A stretch of 63,149 bases of DNA, the filler included, from Asterionella formosa (lineage: Eukaryota), in NCBI GenBank assembly GCA_002256025.1. It is 11 parts of 11 records of this genome, joined end to end, with 100 filler letters (N's around TTAATTAATTAA, not from the genome) between each part and the next. Parts side by side here need not be neighbours in the genome. Positions count along the whole stretch, not along the records: positions 51,029 to 52,678 come from NKIB01001636.1; positions 52,779 to 54,424 come from NKIB01001638.1; positions 54,525 to 56,170 come from NKIB01001639.1; positions 56,271 to 57,916 come from NKIB01001640.1; positions 58,017 to 59,661 come from NKIB01001641.1; positions 59,762 to 61,405 come from NKIB01001643.1; positions 61,506 to 63,149 come from NKIB01001644.1; 4 more parts are not named here. One strand, 5' to 3'. Every line of letters begins with the position of its first letter. The first letter of the stretch is position 1. Below the pieces are notes generated by a model. That model did no database searches, had not been told where the DNA came from, and saw only the letters and a list, made by a program, of their open reading frames with translations. The position numbers were made by a program, and so were the translations under genes. Of the stretch, positions 51,283 through 63,149 are shown one piece after another.

Positions 51283-52606
51283 GATGACATTGCTGACTTG
51301 AAGAAAGCTGTGAAGATTGAATGTGAAAATATTCTGAGTGCCATAGATTCAGCGCAGCTCCGTGTGTACCCACCTGGAACTCAAGTGCCGGTTCCTGAGG
51401 GAGCTGATGATCCAAACCTGATACCTGAAAGTCCGGTTGTTCATCTGAATTGGGGATCTAGCAGAAAGAATGCGTTCGTGATTGTTGCACCTGATATTGG
51501 TACGTATTTTGATCTCATGGAATACCTTCTATTGTATTGTAGGTCACAGCTCCTAAGCTCCTAATACTCACGCTACTGTTGGAAATGCCAAGGAGCGACA
51601 AAACGCCAGAAACAAAATGATGAGTAGCTAGGAGGAAGCCTCGTCCTTAATATTGCTTATAAAGGAGAAGCTCAACGTTCATTTCAAGCGCTTGGAGGCG
51701 GATCAGCAAGACCGAAGAATTCCAAAGACAATGCATATCTACATGATTGATCCGAAAAAAATTCCTTCTATTCCTACTTTACCTCCTTCTGACCCTACTT
51801 TACCCGCCTTTTCCCCAACTGAAAGTTACTGGATCGAAAATGTCCAACAGCTGCAGTTCGACGACAGTGTTAGTAGGGGAATCTTATATCGCCCTAAAAT
51901 TGTGAAGGAAATGATGAAAGTGGTTGAAGATGTCTTCAAGAAAGAGCGTCGGACTGGAATTGGCAAGTCGCACTCACTTGTCAACTTGGTTCGTAACCTG
52001 CAATATAACAGCAGCTGCAAGTACCTCGTAACTTTCATTCCAGACTGTTAAGAATGGAATGATGTTAACGAGTTGTACACTGCAATCTGTAGATCATTTG
52101 GTACTTCCTTACCGGCTCTCAAGTGGAAGATCTGTTCAAATGATATCGAAAATTCAAGAGATCTAAAAACTTTTGTCAATGCCATTGACTTGATTCTTCA
52201 ACATATGAACAAGAAATGGGTCCTAGTTTTCGATCAGATCAACAGATTGTTTGCTCGACCAGAGCTAAACAAATCTGTTGATCTGGGCACCCTTCCCTTT
52301 CCTTTTCGTGTCATCAACAGCATAATGAAGGGAGACCGCATTGTCTCCATCATTTCGGCTTCCGCAAACAACGAGATTGCCTTCAGGGAAAGGTATCGAG
52401 GGTTTGTGGAGTATGATCACCCTTGCCAAATGAATTTGGCAGAAATAAAGCTTGCCTTTAATGAAGTGGCTACAAGGAATGACGGCAAAGAAATATTAAA
52501 GGTGACTGGTGGGGTGCCCTTACAGGTGAGGAATCTTATTTCCTTCAAATATTCAATTGCCAAATATGAAAATAGCTCAGTTAATTTATTAAATTTGTTT
52601 ACGTAA
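51283..52606 (+). pseudogene. Crinkler (CRN/CR)-like gene: ubiquitin-like header plus P-loop NTPase, disrupted
   Basis: Header DDIADLKKAVK...L..IDSAQLRVYPPG...VIVAP, intron donor GTACGT at 51500, Walker A-like GIGKSHSL and Walker B-like WVLVFDQIN. In-frame stop at about 52049. Confidence 0.6.
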
Positions 52607-54856
52607 TTTTCTGGAGTTCATTCAACTAATTATCACAAGGTTGTTCAACTATTCATCTGAAGGCTGCTCCACTATTTCNNNNNNNNNNNNNNNNNNNNNN
52701 NNNNNNNNNNNNNNNNNNNNNNTTAATTAATTAANNNNNNNNNNNNNNNNNNNNNNNNNNNNNNNNNNNNNNNNNNNNCTGCATTCAATTACAGGCAGCT
52801 CATCGATTTACTTCTGTAAAATAGTAGCACTCATGGCATGAAATTAACGTATTTCCATGTCAACAGCACTCTGGAAAAGCGGAACCAAAAACCTCCCACC
52901 AGTTACCACCAGTAGAGTAATTGTCGCTTGATTCAGGCTCATCATTGTGACAATCCTTTGTATCTATGTGTAGCTTCATCATGATGATAATCCTTCTCCT
53001 TCTGCAGTCAGTTTCTACGTCAAAACATACCAGATTTAAAAGGCTAAGAAAATATGAAAAGTCATTTAAATTTTATAGTACATTAAAGTTATTCAACAAA
53101 ACCAATTATGTCATTCCCCAAAAGTCCTAAAAAATGTGTTATTGTTACTTCGTGCTTTTCAACTTCTTTATCTCTCAGCCAATCCTGGCTAGTCACATCT
53201 CAGTCTTAAGCTCGCTGTATCTACATAAGCTTAAGTTCAATCCTTGTTTTTCTTTTATGTACCAATGTTCATGTCAACAATTTCTGTGCTTTGATGATGC
53301 AATATGGTTTTTTCTATTTCATTTTACATTTTTCATTCACAGCTTTGCAAGGAACGACTACTAAAGCTTTCTTTTGAATGACTCCTATAATTTGCTTTGT
53401 ACTTCATAACTTAAACAAAGGAATAGAACAGCTTAGATTGAGCAAGATTTGAAATGATCATAAATGCAGTTCAAAAAGTTATGCCGCACTTTTAAGGGTA
53501 TCAGTACTTATTAGGTACAGATAGTACTATACTAGAGTGAGTCAACTGCAATTACACAGCACCTAGTAGCCAACAAGATTTCGATCACGAAATTGGGTCA
53601 CAAGACTCCGATTATTCTAATGATTTGACTCCTTCATGATAGCACCTTGCTCATGGTGGTGCAAATGTGGATACCTTGATAGTCTGCAGTGGTGCAGACT
53701 TGAGAGTGTCAAGAGTACAACTATTTCAACCTTTCTTTAAAGAAGATTAATTTTGTTACATATGATGCAGGAGATGATGAGAGAACTTATAACTGGAAGA
53801 ATGAGAAATCAAGGAGTGACGTGGATGTAGACAAACTCCAAGATGATAATATAAATACATCGCAATCATTCCTGATATCCTGAATGATGAGACAAGGGAA
53901 CAACCACAACCACAACAATTACCATATGCAAGCACATCATTCAACTGCAGCTGTCGACAAAACTTGTGCTCCTTCCATTCTAGGCCATGACAATTTGGAT
54001 ATGAGATCAACTGCAAAATCGTTAAAGAGATGGTAGTCATGTAAACATAATGTGTGTGTGTTTTCAGAAAGGTGATGCACAAACGCAGGCAACGAAATAG
54101 AAAGAACCTTGAAAATTAAACAGCATCCATTGGCTGAGCATCATCATTCTGGGTCGAATATTCGAATCGGAGATCAACATGGTAAAAAAACTTAATAAAA
54201 CTACACAGCATCATCATTCAATTCCCATAATTCGAATTGCAGATCAACATAATGAGGAAAACAACACCACGTGCAAAATATCATCATGAATAGAATCGGT
54301 CCAAAGTATCCCACCAACCAATATGGAGTGCAGGGTCCTGTATGGAGGGGTGCACAGTGTGGAAGGTTCGTGGCACCAAGGATGGAAAATAAAAGGATTG
54401 CCCCAACGAGGGGTAAAATGGTCCNNNNNNNNNNNNNNNNNNNNNNNNNNNNNNNNNNNNNNNNNNNNTTAATTAATTAANNNNNNNNNNNNNNNNNNNN
54501 NNNNNNNNNNNNNNNNNNNNNNNNAGGAATGCAGGCATTGAAACAATACGAAATTTTTGATCTGTAGACAACATTTTGTTGCTATTTATTGTATATATTT
54601 AAATGAAAATGTCGAGAAAACAACCTGAAGTATAAGGGATTTTAAAACCACTATGAAAATAGTGTTCTGCTGATGGTATCTATTCGCTCAGCCACTTACA
54701 CTTCACAATACACACGAACTTTGAGAGTGGCTACATATACTAAAGTACGATGACAAGGGAATAACTACCCTCCTGGTAGGGGTCTTTACTATTTGCTATA
54801 TTAACTGTATATGGGTTGCAGGTAAAATGCCAAAATCAGTGGTTAACTGATACATG

Positions 54857-54858
<2 letters not shown>

Positions 54859-54898
<40 letters not shown>

Positions 54899-54907
54899 TA
54901 TATATAT
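54859..54907. repeat. (AT)n microsatellite
   Basis: About 24 AT units with one interruption. Confidence 0.95.
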
Positions 54908-56270
54908 TACAGTCTGCAATTGATGAAACTGCACTCTAAGTTCATCTTTAGCAACTTTTTGTTATTTGTCGCTCACAATTCCCCTAAATACTTTTCCAAA
55001 AAGGCATTCTTTGAGGGAGGAATGGATCTATCGGTACCTTCTGGAATGACAATCCAGCCTCAAAACTGTACATAAATTAAAACATTCAATTAAAGCTTAT
55101 TTTAAGAGATTTGTCTACGTGAGATTGACTCACCATGATCACTCACACTGTGAATCGTCTGACATTATCGTTCAGTCAGATTATCATTACAACAGCTGTG
55201 ATGACTTCATGACAGTACTCCGTAGTGAACAAGAATGGATAAACTGAAATTTTATCAACTTTAGTAGAAGTTAGACGAGTCAAAAGAATAGATGATGGGT
55301 CCAATATTTCCGGGCAAATAAAGAAGGGCTCGGATGAATGCAAACGATAGGAGCATGATCTGCATTATTATAATTGATGCTCATAGCATCTTGTAAACAC
55401 GCCTTTCGGATTCGACAATACTGCTGTCCGGAGTCAATTGCATGGAGCAAATGACCTTGTGTTCCCCCTAGAATCCATCTCGAAATGTACTGAGAATGGG
55501 AACAGTTTGTTACTAGACTACTGCAATATACAATTTGACAAAAGCTCGTTTGTACATTGATAAAACACACTAGGTAACAACCTCGAGACGACGGAATGTG
55601 ATTTCGTAATGACCTTTCATTTCTCAATATCATATTCGGATCATTTACCTCATAATAGTCTACCTAGTTAGTTGGCATTGATGCATGCACTACCAATTAA
55701 TGTGAGACGGGTTTCTACAGACATGTCGTAGACCCATCATCAAGTTGCCAGGAGTAACTGGTAAATCTACTCCTGTGACCATATGTTTACGTACCAGTAC
55801 CAGCAGGCTCCAGGCACTTGGTCATTTCTTAAAATTGGTTCCGCCCAGTGTTGTCCAATCAGAAACCTGTATCCATTGTCACCATTTCAAAACTTCTACA
55901 GATGAACAAGGACTCCCGATGAATGAGGAAACTATAATATTTTCCGAACAAGAATCTTAAATCCGAACAGCACAAAATATATCAGTCATTTAGAGACATT
56001 TGTGGATCTCGTTTTTCTGACTGGCACAAAACGAAAAATACACGTGAAATCACTAAAATTTAGAAATCCTCAAGAAACCAGAACGCCAACGAAGGCTCGT
56101 TGTTAGCATCTCACCCACCAACAAACAAGGTTTAATCGAGTCAAAGCAGCAGCGTGCTATCCGTGTTGACNNNNNNNNNNNNNNNNNNNNNNNNNNNNNN
56201 NNNNNNNNNNNNNNTTAATTAATTAANNNNNNNNNNNNNNNNNNNNNNNNNNNNNNNNNNNNNNNNNNNN

Positions 56271-56539
56271 CTGTTTGTTGGATCGTTGGATGGGTTACTT
56301 GTGTTATGACCCCTTTCTTTGTCGTTCTGAACTTGCTTGGCATGTTCCGTGTCGACGGTCTTGAAGAAGAAGTCGGTCTTGATATCTCTCATCATCGAGG
56401 TGGAGCCTACGATCTTTCGGCACCTAAGACCAATCATGTCGAGGATCTAATGGAGGTCCGCGCATCTCGTCACGGTAAGGTCGAAGTACCAAAAGAGGTT
56501 GCCACGGCTGCTGCAGATGAAATTGAAGAGACTGCATGA
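56271..56539 (+). CDS. AMT: Ammonium transporter, 3' end only (contig-truncated)
   Basis: WIVGWVTCVMTPFFVVLNLLGMFRVDGLEEEVGLDISHHRGGAY matches the AMT1 C-terminal RV..EEE.GLD.S.H motif. Confidence 0.85.
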
Positions 56540-56951
56540 ATCTTTCACTTTTTTGTGTTGCATTCTTATTTACATGATCTACCTTAAGTATCAAGTTTAG
56601 TTTGGTTTCATTGCAAATTTCCATAAGTGGATGTTTTCCATGCAATGAGAAGGGGAAATACGTTTTTGTCAATAGTAAAGTTCTAACCCATGTGGTATAT
56701 TTGTCTTGGTTTTATGCTGTGAATGAGTTATAGGCTGTCTCAATGAATTGAAAAGTATAATGTAGTGTATATTAAGGTGATAAACGTGAAACATGAGTTG
56801 CAGTGCGGCACCAAGGAGTTTCGATAGCTAGTTGAAATTTATCCTAGACGTGACAAACACTCATGATTGTCAGTGTAAGACAGAGATCATGCACCCTAAT
56901 GGTGCCGCATGTCGAAAATGAACATTGGAGGGTGTGAGAATTATGCATTTC

Positions 56952-57916
56952 TCATGTGTTGAAATTGCGTCCCGAAGCTTCAATAATTTGCTGACGAAAA
57001 TGAATAAATTTCGTTCCAACCAGTGGTTTCGTCATGTAGTCTGCTAACATGGCATCCGATGGACAGTACTTAATCTGTACTTCCTTTCTTTCAATAACAA
57101 GATCAGTAATATAAAAATACTTGATGTTGAAATGTCGCGTGCATTTTCCTGAACTTGCTTTTCCATTTGCTTCTAGCTTCATTGTGCTAGTGTTGTCACG
57201 GTAAATGACATTTGTAGTCACCTTGTGTCCTTGTGCTTCAATAAATAATTTTGTCCACAACACCTTTGATATAATGTCATCGACACCAACCAATTCTGCT
57301 TCAGTTGAACTTCTAGTGTTCACTTTCTGTTTCGTAGACATAGAACAGATAATTCCGTTTCCAAGTGACATTGTAGCTCCTGTGTGACTTTTAAAATCTT
57401 TGTGCACTGCAAACGCCGCATCAACGTACCATTTAATGCTCTGAGTGTCATCAGCACTCATAGATGCAACCTCATTCTGAGTTGCTTTCAAGAAATTCAT
57501 GATCTTGACTAATTTTACCCAATCACCTTCATTCAGTTCAGTAGTTCGGGTTGCCAGAAATGCAATTCCTGGTTGAATGTCCTGTCTTCCTTGCTTACAT
57601 AGGAACATTCCTTTCATAACAAAAGTATGAATTATTTTTGCTTTTTCATATTCAAGCTTCTTTGATTTCGTATCAACTGTGAACAATTTATCTGTCCATG
57701 GGAATTTTCCAACACCTTCAAGTTTCACTGGAAAATCATCATTCATTGATTTCACATATTTGGTCATGTCCACCCTCAACACTCCTGGAATAGAGTAATC
57801 TAGTGTCATCGCCAAATAATCATGCTTCTTTCCACGCATGACCTTGACTTCACCACTTTCGTCAGAAGCGTATTTCTGTTTGAGCCATTCCAAAAATTGA
57901 TCATTCACTTTGCTGT
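56952..57916 (-). mobile_element. Ty1/Copia pol fragment (RT C-terminus plus RNase H), CoDi-like
   Basis: Motifs RGKKHDYL.M.LD, WYVDAAFAVHKDFKSHTG, KQKVNTRSSTEAELVG, RHFNIKYFYITD and ADYMTKPL. Confidence 0.92.
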
Positions 57917-59125
57917 NNNNNNNNNNNNNNNNNNNNNNNNNNNNNNNNNNNNNNNNNNNNTTAATTAATTAANNNNNNNNNNNNNNNNNNNNNNNNNNNN
58001 NNNNNNNNNNNNNNNNAGTACATCGACAAATGCGCTCTTCAATTGAATGATGCATATTGTTGCATTCCATTCATTTTCGTCAAGCTCCTTGAGTTTCTTG
58101 TTGTTTCTGTTGATTCTTTCATATGTTTGTATCTCATTGCATACATTGTGGAGGTTTTGTAGCAAGAGAGGTCTGATTTGATTGCGTGGCTGTGTATATA
58201 CATCGCCCTCCATGGTGAGAGGAGGGGGTGCTTACCAGCAGTGCTAGTAGGATCGCTGTGACAGTACTAGCTTAGTTTCTTTTATTTACATTTGGATGCT
58301 TTGACAAAATTTTGTGGAAACAATTAAAAATGTTTACTTTTGTTCATACAGACGGTACAATGGGACCTGTCTTTTTGTCAGCTGCACCTCGTCTGGAACC
58401 CTAGGGACTAGGTGGGGAATGCAGGAATCGAAGCTTCCACTGCAAAAGAAGGTGTACGAACCACTAAACCATTCCCTTATTCATAGAGGTAAATAATGTC
58501 AAATAGGTTTTAGTTATTATCCCTGTTGTTTATTTGTTGGCAAGACAAAAGGCTAAAAAGCAACCTAGGACATAAGTGCAGACAAGCACACTCCTAAGTA
58601 AAAGCTGACAATTAGCCCTATGTCACATCAAAGTCCTGCAAGGAAATGGTTGTGACAGTTGAAGGACTATCCAAATTTAGTTATCTCATTGTTTTGCAGA
58701 TTCAATTCGAATTGGCCATGTGAAGGCTTCTATGGCGTTCAAGCCAATTCTTTACAATCCCCCACCCACCCAGGCAGATTTGAGTCCTCAGAGTAAATTT
58801 TGATCCGGGTTTCTTGGAACACAAATACCGACACCGCTACCGTACCAGTGGTGAGTCACAATTCGTAACATTCCTTCCGGTACACTTATTACCAAATTCT
58901 ACGAGTATATTTTATTATTATTCGACGTATGTAGTGAGAGTACTAAAAGTTCCGTTCTATGCATGTCTGACCACATTGACGCAGTTCATGATGACTGAGG
59001 CGGGACTGGGGAATCTTGATTCTAGGTATGATGAGGGTGTCGTAGGGGTACTTTACTTTCCGGTGGCTTTTTCTTTTACAGGACAAGAGCGTTACTCCCC
59101 CAGGTACCTGGTACCTGGTACCAGG

Positions 59126-59325
59126 TGAAGTATCTAACTAGAAGTAGTAGTATTTGTTGAATATATGAGCTTATTTGTTAATCCTTGTGTGTAACTCGTT
59201 CTCCAAGTCGACACCAAAGTATACAATGAGGGTTAGTCGAGTTCTCTCATTATTGAGTTCTGATACATATATGATATAACACTAACCCTATATACATCTG
59301 TATTGATGCGCAAGATCGCTCACTC
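59126..59325 (+). repeat. LTR-like repeat homologous to 46436-47194
   Basis: TGAAGTATCTAACTAGAAGTAGT...AACCCTATATACATCTGTAT matches the reverse complement of 47020-47194. It begins directly after a TACCWGG cluster. Confidence 0.6.
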
Positions 59326-60900
59326 TCCCACACCAAGGGAAAACCTTTTACCTTTGAAAAGGTTTGATGTAATGGATATTAATTCGTTCCGTTGTATGCA
59401 TAGTTTGTTGAAAAGTAACTGTACCATAGGATTCGATAGTGATGTAGGAATAACAATACGTCAAGTATCTCCTGGATTCTTTACAAAATACATGAAATGT
59501 ATATGATGAAAATTGATAGAGGGAAAATTTAACGGATGTGTTTGGTTTGTTGATTGAGAATGAGATGAGTTGTTTGATTGAGAATCAATTGTATATCCAG
59601 CAATTGTCTATCATGTATTGAGTAATATTCCAGAGGATATTGAATATTGTCTGCCAAAATTNNNNNNNNNNNNNNNNNNNNNNNNNNNNNNNNNNNNNNN
59701 NNNNNTTAATTAATTAANNNNNNNNNNNNNNNNNNNNNNNNNNNNNNNNNNNNNNNNNNNNTGAGACCAAAGAATGAACGAAATCGTCAAAGTTTCGTTG
59801 CATCGCAAGTTCTTTCATTCCTTTTTTCATCAAATCCTGCATGAAGAAGGCCCAGATCAAGAAAATCGAAACCAGAGAGAGGAAGCATTGTGTGTTGGAA
59901 GGAAAGGACAGGCGATTTTGTTTCGTTCAAATTATTCATGGAATCACTGATGCATTATGGGTTTGTTTGAAAAATTTATTTTGTTTGACTATCATATCAC
60001 TGTTACCTGTCTTGTGTTTGCCGGTATATTATGATTATATTACGACAGGTACCAGTAGTAGGTGGGTGTGATGGCAGTGAAAAGTTGAAATGGTGACATC
60101 ACAAATAAAGCAAAATTGCTACTTTAAGCAAAACTACTTTAAGCAAAATCAATGGAAGCAAATGGCAGAAAAAGCAAACAGATTGGTGTCAATATTTTAG
60201 GCTTAAACTAAGATTAATCTAAATAAAATTTGGAACAACAAGCCGGCCGGTTGATTAATCGAACGGCCGTCAAAGAGATACACATGTATCAACAGTGGAA
60301 TCACCATGTTGCAAGGACAACGATGAACGTAGCACCATAGGCAAAATTACTGCAACTTGCAGGTGCCACACATGGTACCAGGTGGTACCAGGGAAGGTCT
60401 GGTATTCAAGATATATATATTAATCTTTTTTGAAGTACAAACCGCATTTTACCGGACCTTCCACAGGTACCTGTACTCCGAGTACCTGGTACTGATTATA
60501 CGACACAGTACTAGGCTACATACCAGGAAGGTCCGGTGATCGAGATATTTAGCTTAGTCTTTTTTAAGTACCAAACGTGTTTACTGGACCTTCCACACCA
60601 GTAGATGATACTTCACTTGTTTACTGTATACTGGTACCAGGAACATCTGTTACCGCACATTTTATGTGCACCTTTTCAGTTACAATTCACTCCCAATGAT
60701 TTGTCCCATGCCTGCTGGACGAGAGGATAGGCCAGCTTTCTTTGAAAATAATATTCCATAAGTAATTTAGGATATGTTACTCTTATTGACCGATGACGAT
60801 TTGCAGAATCAAACTCTGAAAATGAAACGGATTTGCTGCCTGATCAACCGGTTCAGCAAACCGTCTTCTTGCTTCGAAATACAAATAGGAATCATTCTAT

Positions 60901-61012
60901 GTTTAGAACTTGCTGACTACGAATAGAATTTGCTGATTACGAATAGAATTCGCTGAAAACGAATAGAATGTGCTGAATACGAATAGAATTTGCTGATAAT
61001 GACTAGAACTTG
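60901..61012 (+). repeat. 20-bp tandem repeat, about 5.5 copies (GAATAGAATTTGCTGATTAC consensus)
   Basis: Units start at 60921, 60941, 60961 and 60981, with degenerate flanking units and no spacers. Confidence 0.85.
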
Positions 61013-61631
61013 AAGGTGAATAGGAATAGATTTTTTGAATGACCCTTCTTCAAATGAAATACCGTACCTCCTGGTACCGGTATAAATATGAACATATACC
61101 AGTATGCACTATACTATTTCCCCTAATAGCCATGCTACAGTAAGTCTGCTATGAGCATATGTGACATAGTGACTATATACATACACAAAGAACTGGTAGT
61201 CACAGTCACTATCACGCCTGATGCAACAGCGTACAAGGTGCTGGCGTATTTGAAAAAACTTTTACACATCGCATATACTATGGCTACCGGTACACACATA
61301 GGATATATGCTCAGGTTCCAGGTAGTCCTTGTAGACGATATTATTTAATCATTCAGCTTAGTTCTTGTGATTTGTTTATGTATAAAAATCGCTACAGTGT
61401 AGTTGNNNNNNNNNNNNNNNNNNNNNNNNNNNNNNNNNNNNNNNNNNNNTTAATTAATTAANNNNNNNNNNNNNNNNNNNNNNNNNNNNNNNNNNNNNNN
61501 NNNNNATGAACTCAAAAATTTACAGCAGCACATGTAATCAAGAATGACCTTTTTCGTTACTCATTGTCTAGACAGAACTTGTTTTTGGGAGTTGCTTTCT
61601 ATTCGTTGTTTAGGAGTCAATACTATCATAA

Positions 61632-62624
61632 GGGCCGTTCTTATCATTCTGTTATTTGTTGTCATTGGTGTATCATCGCCGAAATATGATACAAAAATGG
61701 CGGTTTGGTTTTTTTTTGTGTATCACCAACGGTTTTTTTGGTCTGATCACCGGTGTATCATGGGTGTATCACTGATACAGTTTTTGGACCCCTGACCAAT
61801 GCTGTATCACTGATCAAGCCGTTGATCACTGTGTATCACGTCCGTTGCCACTGATAAAATAACTGTAGACATGCCAGCGCCAACTATATAATCTATTTTG
61901 TGGATGGGAAAATCAACATCAGCAACACAGCGCAACTTGAAAACGCCACTGGTGCAATCGATTGATCTAATGGCGTCTATAACACAAAGACTAACCTAAC
62001 ACCACTTTTTGCAAGCACTTTTGTCATATAATAGTATTATTGTAGTCGTTTTAGCAGTCATAGCTTTAGTCGTTGCCATAACAAATCAATAGTTCTGTTT
62101 GCAATCATATAAAATGACGAATGTTCCTCTTCTACATTGTTGATTCGTAATTTCTTATGCAATTTTAAAGATATATCTATATTTCCTTTTCTATTTCATC
62201 GTTCGTACAATGATATCTTAGACCGCAAAAGCGCAGCGACTCCTTTGCCATTTTGATGGAGAAATAGCTGATTATCGACATGGTCAATGTGTTGACGAGT
62301 CTCTCAATACCTGGTACCAGGGGCTAGTAGCATGTACCGCACAGGCTCCGTAAGATGATATGATATTTGTTTTTTATTCCGGTTGTTATTTTTATTTAAG
62401 CTACGCATATGCATATTACTGCTCAGATATATCTAGATGCTCGTAGCTGGCCTGTCACCGTTGACAATCCTTGTTACTCCATGATACACTGTGATCACAA
62501 ATTAGTGATACAGTGACACTTTTGGAATGAATGAAATTCAGTTCAAATCGAGTTACCGTTGCTGATACATTTTCAAAAAAATTCAAATTCCGTGATACAC
62601 GAAAAAAAATGATAAGAACGACCC
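61632..62624. mobile_element. Non-autonomous PIF/Harbinger (Tourist-like) element
   Basis: 17-bp TIR GGG(C/T)CGTTCTTATCATT, flanked by TAA and TTA. Many subterminal GTGTATCA/TGATAC motifs. No ORF. Confidence 0.8.
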
Positions 62625-62931
62625 TTAGACATTCCTCAGACTACCTAGTCTTCGGACACCTGTCGACATCAACAGCCTAACAGACACACTCTGACAAATC
62701 CTTCCGGTCATTGGGAGTGAGTCGAAACTGAAAAAGTGCACATAAAACTTTCGCTACCTGGTACCAAGTACTGGACCTTCCAGTACCTGGTACCTGGAAC
62801 TCATTGATAATATCTCGCTCAGCAAGTGGTTATACATACCGGCATATGGATGCATACCCTAATGTATACTTCACACTCCACATCATAGGTCGGTGATATC
62901 ATACTGCGGGCTTTTTTGAAAGAATGACAGT

Positions 62932-62991
62932 AGTATACTGGTATACTTTAGTAACTTGGCGAACAGTTAAGTATTTCTATACCAGTATACT
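62932..62991. repeat. Short hairpin-type dispersed repeat (copy 2)
   Basis: Perfect 14-bp inverted arms AGTATACTGGTATA and TATACCAGTATACT surround a core shared with 9824-9900. Confidence 0.6.
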
Positions 62992-63149
62992 GCTACTGCT
63001 TCCAAAGCATTATTCTTAATGGCACTCAGTCATCGCGCAAATTTTTTTCGGCCAAAAACAAAGGATGCAGCAGGCAATAATGGCAGCTACTTACTGCTTT
63101 ACTTGGTTCAATCATGTTAATCTACTTGATCATCATCCATCTCTAATGT

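Noticed and set aside
52779..54424. Broken Cys-rich and hydrophobic ORFs plus a ~70-bp duplication at 54138-54260
   Set aside because: No family could be assigned from the sequence alone.
54525..56170. Possible promoter of the AMT gene
   Set aside because: Separated from the AMT fragment by an artificial linker, so linkage is unsupported.
60901..61012. CRISPR-like appearance of the 20-bp repeats
   Set aside because: Head-to-tail units with no unique spacers, no cas genes, and a eukaryotic context.
60653..62754. Apparent TA-flanked element with ~45-bp TIRs (TTTATGTGCAC..TTTCAGTT...CACTCCCAATGA)
   Set aside because: The two ends lie on different contigs across a linker. They show a shared repeat family, not one element.

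Overview
Eukaryotic nuclear DNA, most likely from a diatom. The evidence is short GT-AG introns, bipartite plastid-targeting peptides, a DUF6824 gene and diatom-type transposons. The window is not one contiguous locus: N44-TTAATTAATTAA-N44 linkers join two larger scaffolds (1-26900 and 27001-47434) to nine unrelated contigs of about 1.65 kb, roughly sorted by length. Intact genes are a DUF6824 protein, glucose-6-phosphate isomerase, protoporphyrinogen oxidase, SQD2, SPCS3, a Cas1_AcylT + PC-esterase O-acetyltransferase, a two-TM receptor-like kinase and MED14. Gene fragments match PGRL1, AMT, a Crinkler-like NTPase and a ROCO/COR-like tail. Intergenic DNA is full of decayed transposons (pogo/Tc1-like, PIF/Harbinger, LINE, Copia, MITEs). 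The most striking unexplained signal is dense clusters of GGTACC(W)GGTACC motifs upstream of genes. They look like transposon excision footprints that recreate the GG(T/C)ACC site into which both pogo-like elements here have inserted. That mechanism is an inference, not demonstrated.
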